47,275 nt of DNA from a virus. Taxonomy: Duplodnaviria; Caudoviricetes. Made by a program: the position numbers and the translations under genes. The stretch lies in IMG/VR virus record IMGVR_UViG_3300027711_000003, positions 1 to 47,275 of that record; one strand, 5' to 3'. Of this stretch, positions 1-8,660 are shown in pieces; the stretch's first letter is position 1; each line of letters starts with the position of its first letter. The notes under the pieces are model-generated. The model worked only from the letters and a program-made list of their open reading frames with translations. It was not told the DNA's origin and searched no databases.

Positions 1-1687
1 TCTCCAGCTTGCTGCTGTAGTCGTAGTCGATCTCCATGACCAGCTTACGACAGGCGGAGGCAACCGCTTCTATACGGTCATCGTGCTTGAGAGAGTTCTT
101 GTCCCTGGTCAGGTTGCTCATCTGGTGAAAGAGCTGGTAAGTCTTCCTCTGCTCGGCAGGGTACTTACGTGTGCTTTCGATGTCCTTATCAATCAACTCC
201 CGGTTGACTACTAAGCGGTGCGAGTCCATCAGAGGTTCCAGGGTGTCAACGATCCTGACTTCCTTCTGTCCGGAGCTGTAGTCGTCCTCGATCACGCACG
301 GGTGCTCGACCTCGAACATAGGCTTCAGGATCGCCATGTGAGCCCCGTGGCCGAAGTTCTTCTCGACATAGACCTCGTGTACCCCTGCCCGCTTTGCGGC
401 CTGCACAAGCTCTCTCAGGGGCTCCTCGTCGTACCCACCGGGCACGCCACCGGCATCGTACAGGTACAGCAGGTTCCCCAACTGGAATACGATGGCGTAC
501 CCGGTCTCGTCGCCGTTCGCGCCACCACCAGCGGGGTCTATGTACATCACCTTTCGCTCAAATGGCAGCCACTCGTACGGCTTCGGGATCGGGCCGTAGA
601 ATCGGTCGGTCTCCCTGGAACCCGGCTTCAGAGTGGTCTGTACGCGGTTCTCCGGGGCGTTGTTCCACACCGGGAGGGATGGCCCATCCTTGTGCCCGAA
701 CGCCGTCACGATCAAATTAGACGGCTTCAGAGGGTATCGCTGTTGGTCGGACAGCCGGGTGTTCAGCATGAACTGCAACTGGAACTTGCTCTTGCCCTGA
801 CTGACCTCCTTCTCGATCAGCAGCTCGTCGTCGAACATCTCGGGGCAGGTGGGCGCACCGGACTGCCCAGACGGCCCGTAGCCGCTGCGTAAGCCCGGAT
901 CGGCCTGCATCTGTGCCTTGATACTGGGTGCCAGGAACTCCCCGTACACGTCCTCCTCGGCGGCTGTAGGGTAACGTCCCGGCCAGATGCGGATGTCGTA
1001 CCCGCGACCGGGCAGGTTGTTGTAGATCGAGTCCATGCTCTGCGGCGTCCCAAGGTACAGGATGTCGCCGTGCTGGTTAATAGACTCGAACTCCTTAGTC
1101 TGCTCTTCCAACCACTCACGGCCTGCAACAGACCGGCTGTTCTGAAGGCTCTCGATGTCGTCAGGGATCAACAGGTCTGCACGGGCACCCTGGGCACCTG
1201 AGGTGATGCTGTAACAAGATACAGACGGAGACTTGTCACCACCTTTGAACACATGATGGATGTCGAAAGCCTCTGTACTGTCCTTGTCACCTGCTGTCTT
1301 ATCAGGGAGCATGAAGTGCAGGAAGTCTAATCTCTTGAAGATTTTGACCACCCACCCTGAGATTTCCGTGGCACGCTTGCTCGTCTGTGAGAAGATGACG
1401 ATGCGATAGTGCGGCTGGTGTATCAGAGTGAACGCAGCAAAGATACCAGCAAGGGTCGTCTTAGCCTGGCCACGCTGGGCCTGGACCATGCGGTACTTCT
1501 TACCAGTTAGCATGTATTCAAGGATGTCGGCCTGTGCTGCATTAAGGTCAGGCCGACCTGGGATAAGTTCCTTGATACAAATCTGTGCAAAGTCCCAGAG
1601 ACCTTCGACGCTATACGGGAACGTCTGTTGAAGAACCTCTAGGTCATTCCACATCGCTAACTTGTCTTCAAGAGTTAGCTTACTCAA
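1..1687 (-). CDS. terL: Terminase large subunit, copy A (runs off window at position 1)
   Basis: Collinear with 44114-45800 at offset 44113. TTG start overlaps the TerS stop (TTGA). Same motifs as the complete copy. Confidence 0.93.
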   Translation of the reverse strand, partial: MSKLTLEDKLAMWNDLEVLQQTFPYSVEGLWDFAQICIKELIPGRPDLNAAQADILEYMLTGKKYRMVQAQRGQAKTTLAGIFAAFTLIHQPHYRIVIFSQTSKRATEISGWVVKIFKRLDFLHFMLPDKTAGDKDSTEAFDIHHVFKGGDKSPSVSCYSITSGAQGARADLLIPDDIESLQNSRSVAGREWLEEQTKEFESINQHGDILYLGTPQSMDSIYNNLPGRGYDIRIWPGRYPTAAEEDVYGEFLAPSIKAQMQADPGLRSGYGPSGQSGAPTCPEMFDDELLIEKEVSQGKSKFQLQFMLNTRLSDQQRYPLKPSNLIVTAFGHKDGPSLPVWNNAPENRVQTTLKPGSRETDRFYGPIPKPYEWLPFERKVMYIDPAGGGANGDETGYAIVFQLGNLLYLYDAGGVPGGYDEEPLRELVQAAKRAGVHEVYVEKNFGHGAHMAILKPMFEVEHPCVIEDDYSSGQKEVRIVDTLEPLMDSHRLVVNRELIDKDIESTRKYPAEQRKTYQLFHQMSNLTRDKNSLKHDDRIEAVASACRKLVMEIDYDYSSKLE

Positions 1688-1986
1688 CCCAGACCTCGCT
1701 CTCTAGCTTCCGCTTTGAAGTCCAGCACCCGCTTGCCGGACTTCTCCTGAATCTCCTTGAGCCTGGCTTGCAGAGGGCTTGTGCTGTCTTCGGAATCCGG
1801 TGCAGCGTAAACACCATTGTCCAGAACCCACTTGGCAATACTCTGAACTACACGATGGTCGATTGCCATATCGGCATCCATCCCTTCGTCAATGTTCCTA
1901 AGGATTGCCTCCGCCTTCCTTTGATAAAGCTCAGTTACTAGCTTACTTAGAAAACCAAGTTCTCCTTCAGTCGTCCTTTTGGTCAT
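1684..1986 (-). CDS. terS: Terminase small subunit, copy A
   Basis: ATG (MTKRTT...) after an AAGGAG RBS. 100 aa, lying between holin and TerL as T7 gp18 does. Confidence 0.8.
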   Translation of the reverse strand: MTKRTTEGELGFLSKLVTELYQRKAEAILRNIDEGMDADMAIDHRVVQSIAKWVLDNGVYAAPDSEDSTSPLQARLKEIQEKSGKRVLDFKAEARERGLG

Positions 1987-2185
1987 GACGTTTCTCCTTT
2001 CTATTTTTGTGACTAACCCTCCACCTGTAAGCAAGATAAGAACCTTGTAGGAGTGTGTATAGAATTGTGGCTATGTACATCCATTCTTCTAACCCAAGAC
2101 CAAGGACACTAGCAGCACTTACAGTGACAGGAGGGGCGACCCGTAGGCCGCCGTCTACTATCTGGTTAACGGTTTCAGAAGACAA
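1967..2185 (-). CDS. Holin (T7 gp17.5-like), copy A
   Basis: 72 aa with hydrophobic core LGLEEWMYIATILYTLLQ and a basic C-tail. TTG start with GGGAGG RBS. Canonical position before TerS. Confidence 0.8.
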   Translation of the reverse strand: MSSETVNQIVDGGLRVAPPVTVSAASVLGLGLEEWMYIATILYTLLQGSYLAYRWRVSHKNRKEKRHDQKDD

Positions 2186-2199
2186 TACACCTCCCTATT

Positions 2200-2397
2200 T
2201 CATAGTACACTTAAAACCGAGACGTCCTTGGCGAACACGACCTTTCCTTGCAGCTCGTCGGCTACGGCGTCACGGAAGGCGAGCACAATGTCTGCCTCAG
2301 TATGCCCATTCCCCACCGCGCCGGGGTCGGCATGCGAGTGCCCGGCGCTGATGAATAGCGACTTGGTTTGCTTGACTCTTTCGCTCATTCGTTCCAC
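2200..2397 (-). pseudogene. Truncated N-acetylmuramoyl-L-alanine amidase (N-terminal stub)
   Basis: KSLFISAGHSHADPGAVGNGHTEADIVL aligns with the N-terminus of the intact amidase at 41712-42260, but the ORF stops before the ELH and IVE catalytic motifs. Confidence 0.8.
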
Positions 2398-2503
2398 CTA
2401 TGCGCCCGCGTGGCGCTGCAATGCAGGGTGATGTGTCTAATGGGATATATACACCTGAGCTTGGGTTAGTGCGACTGTACCCCCCCGCTGATGAACAAGA
2501 GCA

Positions 2504-3895
2504 TCACTTCCAAAAGCCTTCAGCTTTTAGCAGAACAGGTCGACCCCCAGTCCGCTCCACGGGGCTAATTATCCCAGCTGTCGTGCTGTCCTTAGAAGAA
2601 GTCCTCACTATCGCCCAATAAGCAAGCGCTTCATCCCCCTCAGCCGCAACGACAAAAGGCGTACTGACAAAGCTCACGGGGTAAGTCCACCGCTTGGCGA
2701 TAGATTCACTGGTTTCGGTAGCATAAATAGCCCCGATGCTATTAGTAGCAGTAAGATTTATTACAGGGGAGTAGGCCACCGCTCTCCCGTCTGTATATTT
2801 CACCCAAGTCCCGTCCTGGTTTTCCCCAACTTCTTCAATAGAGTTAAAATAATCGGGCTTGTTGTTGTCTTGTATAACCCCATGTCTTGTGTGATTGTTG
2901 GGGGTAGGGCTTGACGTTCCATAATCACCGTTGCTTACTATTACATAAGCGCCGCCAAATTGACTAGCCCTTATATCCAGGATGCCACTGCCAGTTACAG
3001 AAGAGGTTGCGTAGTTAACAAAAGACCCATTTCTGGCATCAAGGCCGTAAGTCTGTGCGTTTTCTACGACAGATCCACTTATGTTCGCAAAAGACCGCCT
3101 TACTGTTATACCCCCAGAAAATGAGTTTTTTATTTCTAGTCCTGGCGAGTTTGCAATTGAGCCGCGACTCACATGGAAAGCCCAGGGAGACCCACCCCCA
3201 ACTTCGCCGCCCCGGCAAGAGTTTTCCAGTTTCATGCCGTTGGTAGATATACGAGACCCCGCCGTGCATCTAAAACCCCAATCGTAAGACCTCGAGCAAA
3301 TAAAATCTTCAGCGACAAACGCGCTCCTCCGTATCTCTACGTTTCGGCTAAAACCAGAAACCTCGCTGCCCGGCGTGCAGTACATGTCCGAACCATCGCC
3401 GACGACTAGCCCACAAAGAGCGGATGGCGTGTAACCCTCCACATCTCCGCCCTCTAGTTTTATATTAAAAATCGGCGCGTGGCATGTTTTAAAGACAAAA
3501 ACTACGTTCCGGTACTGCCCATTTATGTCAGTACCGGATACTGATGAAAAATCACCAGAGACTTCCACCCTTTCGTCTTGAGAGGAGATTCGAAAGTTTT
3601 TGTAGTAGCCGTTATCAAGCCTAACCCCGCTCGTCAGCGCATGCCCCGACTCAATAACCAAGTCGATAATCTCACCCTGCCCGACCTTGATGTTTGCCAG
3701 GTTATCAAACGCCTCTTGCAGCGTCGGGTAATCGCTGGGAATCAAGACGGTAAGCCCCGCCCCCTCATAAACAACCCGCTGATCCAACGCCCCCGCCACC
3801 GTCTGCGTGCCTGTTAATGTGGTAACATTACTAGGGCTCAGGTCAAATGGGTTGCCCTGGGTATCTTCAATCTCATCTACTCTAAGTTTGCTCAT
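2504..3895 (-). CDS. Tailspike / receptor-binding protein (probable beta-helix)
   Basis: 463 aa directly after the tail adapter. IPSDYPTLQEAFD is typical of a beta-helix cap, the central part is G/S/N-rich and repetitive, and NQDGTWVKYTDG is a fibre C-terminal motif. Confidence 0.75.
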   Translation of the reverse strand: MSKLRVDEIEDTQGNPFDLSPSNVTTLTGTQTVAGALDQRVVYEGAGLTVLIPSDYPTLQEAFDNLANIKVGQGEIIDLVIESGHALTSGVRLDNGYYKNFRISSQDERVEVSGDFSSVSGTDINGQYRNVVFVFKTCHAPIFNIKLEGGDVEGYTPSALCGLVVGDGSDMYCTPGSEVSGFSRNVEIRRSAFVAEDFICSRSYDWGFRCTAGSRISTNGMKLENSCRGGEVGGGSPWAFHVSRGSIANSPGLEIKNSFSGGITVRRSFANISGSVVENAQTYGLDARNGSFVNYATSSVTGSGILDIRASQFGGAYVIVSNGDYGTSSPTPNNHTRHGVIQDNNKPDYFNSIEEVGENQDGTWVKYTDGRAVAYSPVINLTATNSIGAIYATETSESIAKRWTYPVSFVSTPFVVAAEGDEALAYWAIVRTSSKDSTTAGIISPVERTGGRPVLLKAEGFWK

Positions 3896-4781
3896 TTACT
3901 CCTCCGTTTGCAATTGTCCAGAAAGACCCTTGACCTATAGTGACTGCTTGTCCATCTGCAATAGTTAAAACAGGCCCAAAGGACCAAGCATTCTTATTTT
4001 CTGGGATCATTACGCTGTTTTCTACTACTTGGTCATGCCAGCTAATAGGGCTAAATGCAGAGGCTTCAAGAGGAACATTCCCTGTTAGCTGGGATTGCAG
4101 GTTAGCGTCTGCTTCCTGAAACTCATTCCTAATCTGCTGTCCCTGATCAAGACGATTAGTCGTTTCTTGGTTTATTTTAGTGTTAAGATCAATCTCCCCT
4201 GCAATACGCTGAGACCGTTCTTGGTCTAGCTCCTCCTTCCTAGCGGGTTCATTGCCACTAACAGCGGTACGCACAAAGACAGGGTAGGAGTCCATATTAA
4301 GACTCCCCTGCATTGTGTCTCCCTGCACCTCCACGTACCTATCATCCCCAGCTTCAAAGTTAACAACAGACTTTGGATCATTAGGGTCAGGACTGAAAGC
4401 CCTAAGTCCTTCGAGATAGTCTACAGCCTCTCTTACTGTGAACCCTTCTGGGAACCACCCATCCAAAAGCTCATGAACAACATAAAGCAACTGCAAGAAG
4501 CTGTTGTTAAGGATGTCTTGTCCGAAGTTATTGCCTCTTGAAAAGTCAGCGAAAGGTAAATCCTTAGGCATAACTCTTCTGATAATAACCTCAGAACCCG
4601 ACGTAGGTGCTGATTCCAGTTCTATTGAGTTAGGCGAGATAAGGGTAAACGGGGATTGCTCCCCGTCTACGGTGACAAGAATGTCATCTTGTCTGATGTA
4701 GCCCTCGTCTTGCCCAACGAAGGAGAAGGTGAAGGATCGTTTAGTCCCGTCACCTGTCCTTGTTACGTATGTAAAACTCAT
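3882..4781 (-). CDS. Tail fibre adapter with T7 gp17-like N-terminal domain
   Basis: N-terminus MSFTYVTRTGDGTKRSFTFSF...IIRRVMP...FADFSRG is the gp17 tail-attachment domain. It is short (299 aa) and ends in a probable docking segment. Confidence 0.85.
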   Translation of the reverse strand: MSFTYVTRTGDGTKRSFTFSFVGQDEGYIRQDDILVTVDGEQSPFTLISPNSIELESAPTSGSEVIIRRVMPKDLPFADFSRGNNFGQDILNNSFLQLLYVVHELLDGWFPEGFTVREAVDYLEGLRAFSPDPNDPKSVVNFEAGDDRYVEVQGDTMQGSLNMDSYPVFVRTAVSGNEPARKEELDQERSQRIAGEIDLNTKINQETTNRLDQGQQIRNEFQEADANLQSQLTGNVPLEASAFSPISWHDQVVENSVMIPENKNAWSFGPVLTIADGQAVTIGQGSFWTIANGGVNEQT

Positions 4782-4796
4782 TGAGCCTCCTTAGTT

Positions 4797-4817
4797 TCTC
4801 TTATAGTGGCCACTAAT
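4797..4817 (-). promoter_or_regulatory. Phage RNAP promoter (tail fibre)
   Basis: ATTAGTGGCCACTATAAGAGA, with the T7/SP6-like CACTATA core. One of 10 copies. Confidence 0.85.
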
Positions 4818-7800
4818 CTCTTACCTGATTAGCCAGAGCCATGCCTGCACCTACCGCAGCGGTGTTAACAAGAGGTGTCACTCCGTACAGTTGCTTTAGA
4901 CCCTGAACAGCCTGTTCAGAATCTCCTGTTGCCATGCCTCCAACAGTACCCCGTACACCAGAAAGCATTTGTTCAAGAACACCAGCAGCAGGAAGGGCGC
5001 CTGGTCCTGTGATAGGACGAACGCCTTCTCTTGTGCCTGTGGCGCCATCTACAGGAAGGCCCACAGTGGCACCTAACTCCATACCGAAACCAAGGATGCC
5101 AAGGTGCGGTGTCATGTTAGCAATACCCATAGTTGCTGTTGCAGGATTGGTTGCTTTCTCCCACTCTGCCTCCGGGTCTCCTGAAGCCTCTGCTCTGACG
5201 TATGCACGGCTGTAGTAAGCAGCACCGCCGAGAAGAGAGCCGAACATTACCTTCAGGCCCATCCCGATCTTGTCACCTCGGAAGCCTGCGGCAACCTGCC
5301 TTTCTATAGCCACCAGGGAGAACCCACGGAACTGAGTGATTAGCTGACCCAGAGCTTTGTTCATCCAAACAGGAGTATCACCAACGAATGACTTCTGCAT
5401 CTGACGGGCCAGAAGAGAGTTCATTGCTGCACCCAGTTTGTCACGCAGAGCCGGGTCAAGATTGTCACCAGAGAATGTCTGAACTTGCTCTCCATCAACA
5501 TTCACGTACTCAGGATTCTCCCGCATGTCACGGAAGACAATCTCCATCTCCTCCCGAGACATACCTGCACGCTCAAGGTTATCCCAATCACGTTGGGTGG
5601 GTGTAATCTCTCTTCTAGCGATCTGAGTCATCCTATCTAGCATACTACGGAGTGCCAGGTCTTCTGAACCGTGCTGGATACTACGGAATGCAGACAGAAG
5701 CTGAGTCTTGTTGCTAACAAAGCCAGCGTAGTTGTTGAAGATTTGCTCCAGCTTGTTCTGGTCGAACTCATCCATAGTCTGCAACAGGTAGTTCCGGTTC
5801 TTATAGAACGCACCTTCCTGCCCATAAGCACCCAGTAGACGATAAGGAGCCTGAAGCTCCGGGCTCTTCCTCAGCTTACCGATCTGAGTAAAGTCTTTGA
5901 GACGAGTGTTCTTAGCAACAGTGCTGAACCCGAAGTTAACAAGGGCATTGGCATTCTCTGCAATAGATGCAGGACCGTTCCAAGTCAGGCGAACAATGTT
6001 TGTGTACTTACCAGACATCCTAGCTGCCCGAGTGATAGGACTAATAGACCCATCTGAACGGACATCCAAAGATTGTCCGTACATCATCTTGATGCTTTCC
6101 ATCATGATCTCGGCATCAGCACTGACCTCTGTGGACTGCTTCCTAAGGTCTTTGGCTAGACGAGTATTTCCTGCGTTCTCAGCCTCCCTGATCTGGTCAT
6201 CAAGGATGTTCTTGGATACCCTCTCTCCTTCTCGGATAGTCTCTTCCAGCTCGAACCTTGACTTGAAACCTTGGGTTGCAATAGCTGCATCGGCACTAGC
6301 TTCTCGGCTGTACCGGAGAGCTACGTTATGGCTGGTGTCGATAAGGTCAACCATGCGGAGTCCGTTATGACTATGGCTGATACTCGCACCCAGAGACAGC
6401 TTGGCACGATCAGAGATGTTCTGCTCGATGTCCGTTCTCTGAAAGGTTTCGATCATATCGTCGATACGTTGATCATCGAACCCTACACTCTTGAGGTCAT
6501 TCCTTAGGTTCTCAAGGTCTCTACCGCCAAGGATGCTATTGACCTCTGACCTTGCTTTAAGGCTTCTATTTATAGCCCTGGCGTACTGGGCATTTGCAAG
6601 AACTCTTGCAGTCCTCTCCGGGATACGATACCTCCCATTCATGTACGCACCCGTTAAGGTCTCAACAACCTGCTCTCTTCCGTACTTGCGAACAGCTTCG
6701 TGCATCTTGGAGCCATCAGGAAGGAATGACCAGTAAGCAGGGTGGTCCTCAACATTTTCGAACCCACGAACACCGTACTGCTTACGCATCTTCAGAGCTT
6801 CGCTGAACATACGCTGACGAGCTGCGGCTGCCTTCATGATATTAGGATCATCATGATCCCCGCTTCGGATAGCCAGGACGATCTGGTTATCGAACTCCAT
6901 CATGCGAGTATCGTTGTTCAGGACAGCAACATGCGGAATACCCTTGGACCTAGCCCAATCCATCCGGGCATCGTACTCTTCTCCCGCCGCTGCCTGGATG
7001 ATCCTGTTCATGAAGGTGTCTTGGTAAATGGAAGCCGGAACATGACCCCTACCAGCTCCCTGGGGGTCCGACAGGAGCATGTGCCCAAGACCCCGCATGA
7101 TGCTGCTGGGACTCTGTGCAAGCCTGCTGTACGTACTGGACAGCCCTTTCAGGCCGAGTCCTGCCAGTCTACGGAGTAGATCAGGCTCTGGCAGGGTGTT
7201 GCCATGCTGGGCGGAACGAGCAACATGGTCCTCGATCAGGCCCTCTTCTCGTACTGCGAAGGTATCCTCCGGGTTAGTAGCTCCCTCTGCCCTAGCTGCG
7301 CCCACTTGGCTGACAGGGGCGTCAGGGTCTGTGCTGACCTCCTCGGTCTGCGCCGCTCGTTCCTGACGAAGGCGAGTAGCCTCTGCTGCCAGCTCTCTTG
7401 CTCGGTCGAACTCTCTGTTACGCAGAGGGCTCATATCCTCACGCATACGCTGCTGCAAGCGTTCTGCCAGATGCTCAGGTACTTGTCCTTGTGCAAGGCG
7501 TGAGATGTCGGCCCATGCATCTCGGAGGGGTTGGTCCTCTTTCAGGCGAGCCTCGATCTCATCCATCCTACGCTGGACAGGAGCCATGCGCTCTTGAATC
7601 TCTTCAAGCCTGGCCCTGCGCTCCTCAGCCTTGCGTAGGCGTTGTCGATTAGTGCCTCCAGGGTCGAGAGCAGGTGTTCCGTCTTGCTCCTCTCTGAGCC
7701 TTCTGGCTTGCTCTGCCAAACGTCGATGCTCGACCTCCAGCTCTCTCCTTGCTCCTCTTGACATACGTTGTTCGGCCAGGGGCATGAGTTCATCCATGAG

Positions 7801-8649
7801 GGCTTGTCGGCCATCAATGCTTTGCAGGTTCTCGATACTAATAGCCTGCTCTATCTCATCAATAGCCTTGCCTGCTTGGATGTCCTGAGCCCTACGGAAG
7901 ACAGCTTGATCCAGCTCTTGAGCTAACTGAGCAGCCTCTGGGTCTCTTTGGTGTGCGTTGACATCAAGGTCAGGCTCTTTGCCATGCCTAAGTCTGCGGT
8001 ATCCACTGACACCAAGACTGACACTACCAGAGATAAGACCACCGCCAGCAGCGCCTAGAAGAACGTCCTGCCAATCTCTTTGTGTATCTGTCTGCATAAG
8101 GGCAGCTTCAATAGCTGCACCCTCTGCTGCACCGTAACTACCTGCACGCAATGCACGCATAGTAGCGGAGCCTCTTACACCCCCGCCCACTAAGCCGGTT
8201 GCTACATAAAGGGGCAGTAGGGCTTCATCTGTCATACCAGCCATGAACTGGTATCCCATCCCTCTTATCCCTTCTTCTGCTAACTTTCGATGCCTCTCCC
8301 TATCCTCGGCAATCTGTTCTACCCTGGCTTCCCAGTCTTGGAGAGAAACAGCTTGACCAAGAAAGTCAATCTCCCGATCATCATAGTCATCACTGACCTG
8401 ACGGATTCTATCTTCAATAGGGAAATCAGGATCGTACTCTTGAGTCTCAAGCTGCCGATCCGCAGCAGCTCTGAGTGTTACATTCTCCCTAGCCAGGCTC
8501 CAAAGATCACTACTGGACATCCTCTCACGATTATTCCATTCCTGCTCTTGCTGGAACTCTTCACGGAACCGTGAGTAGTCTACAGTTGTAGACGGCTGCC
8601 ATTGACGGTCGGGAGAGATCGGGTCTAGCCTTCTCTCTTGGTCTGCCAT
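4813..8649 (-). CDS. Internal virion (ejection) protein, gp16-like
   Basis: 1278 aa helical protein, last of three internal virion genes before the tail fibre. The C-terminal GQLITQFRGFS motif is typical of this class. Confidence 0.8.
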   Translation of the reverse strand: MADQERRLDPISPDRQWQPSTTVDYSRFREEFQQEQEWNNRERMSSSDLWSLARENVTLRAAADRQLETQEYDPDFPIEDRIRQVSDDYDDREIDFLGQAVSLQDWEARVEQIAEDRERHRKLAEEGIRGMGYQFMAGMTDEALLPLYVATGLVGGGVRGSATMRALRAGSYGAAEGAAIEAALMQTDTQRDWQDVLLGAAGGGLISGSVSLGVSGYRRLRHGKEPDLDVNAHQRDPEAAQLAQELDQAVFRRAQDIQAGKAIDEIEQAISIENLQSIDGRQALMDELMPLAEQRMSRGARRELEVEHRRLAEQARRLREEQDGTPALDPGGTNRQRLRKAEERRARLEEIQERMAPVQRRMDEIEARLKEDQPLRDAWADISRLAQGQVPEHLAERLQQRMREDMSPLRNREFDRARELAAEATRLRQERAAQTEEVSTDPDAPVSQVGAARAEGATNPEDTFAVREEGLIEDHVARSAQHGNTLPEPDLLRRLAGLGLKGLSSTYSRLAQSPSSIMRGLGHMLLSDPQGAGRGHVPASIYQDTFMNRIIQAAAGEEYDARMDWARSKGIPHVAVLNNDTRMMEFDNQIVLAIRSGDHDDPNIMKAAAARQRMFSEALKMRKQYGVRGFENVEDHPAYWSFLPDGSKMHEAVRKYGREQVVETLTGAYMNGRYRIPERTARVLANAQYARAINRSLKARSEVNSILGGRDLENLRNDLKSVGFDDQRIDDMIETFQRTDIEQNISDRAKLSLGASISHSHNGLRMVDLIDTSHNVALRYSREASADAAIATQGFKSRFELEETIREGERVSKNILDDQIREAENAGNTRLAKDLRKQSTEVSADAEIMMESIKMMYGQSLDVRSDGSISPITRAARMSGKYTNIVRLTWNGPASIAENANALVNFGFSTVAKNTRLKDFTQIGKLRKSPELQAPYRLLGAYGQEGAFYKNRNYLLQTMDEFDQNKLEQIFNNYAGFVSNKTQLLSAFRSIQHGSEDLALRSMLDRMTQIARREITPTQRDWDNLERAGMSREEMEIVFRDMRENPEYVNVDGEQVQTFSGDNLDPALRDKLGAAMNSLLARQMQKSFVGDTPVWMNKALGQLITQFRGFSLVAIERQVAAGFRGDKIGMGLKVMFGSLLGGAAYYSRAYVRAEASGDPEAEWEKATNPATATMGIANMTPHLGILGFGMELGATVGLPVDGATGTREGVRPITGPGALPAAGVLEQMLSGVRGTVGGMATGDSEQAVQGLKQLYGVTPLVNTAAVGAGMALANQVRD

Positions 8650-8660
8650 CTTTCCTCCTA

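Larger units (their letters stand above)
1..2152. repeat. Diverged direct duplication of 44114-46265 (holin-TerS-TerL)
   Basis: Same sequence at constant offset 44113 with scattered, mostly synonymous substitutions. Homology ends about 10 codons into the holin. Confidence 0.95.

Noticed and set aside
1-2152. End duplication as the phage direct terminal repeat
   Set aside because: The copies are not identical and cover terminase genes. The real termini are expected in the non-coding 40480-41520 region.
2195-2215. Promoter-like TTTAAGTGTACTATGAAAT upstream of holin copy A
   Set aside because: Too many mismatches to CCACTATAAGAGA, and absent from copy B.
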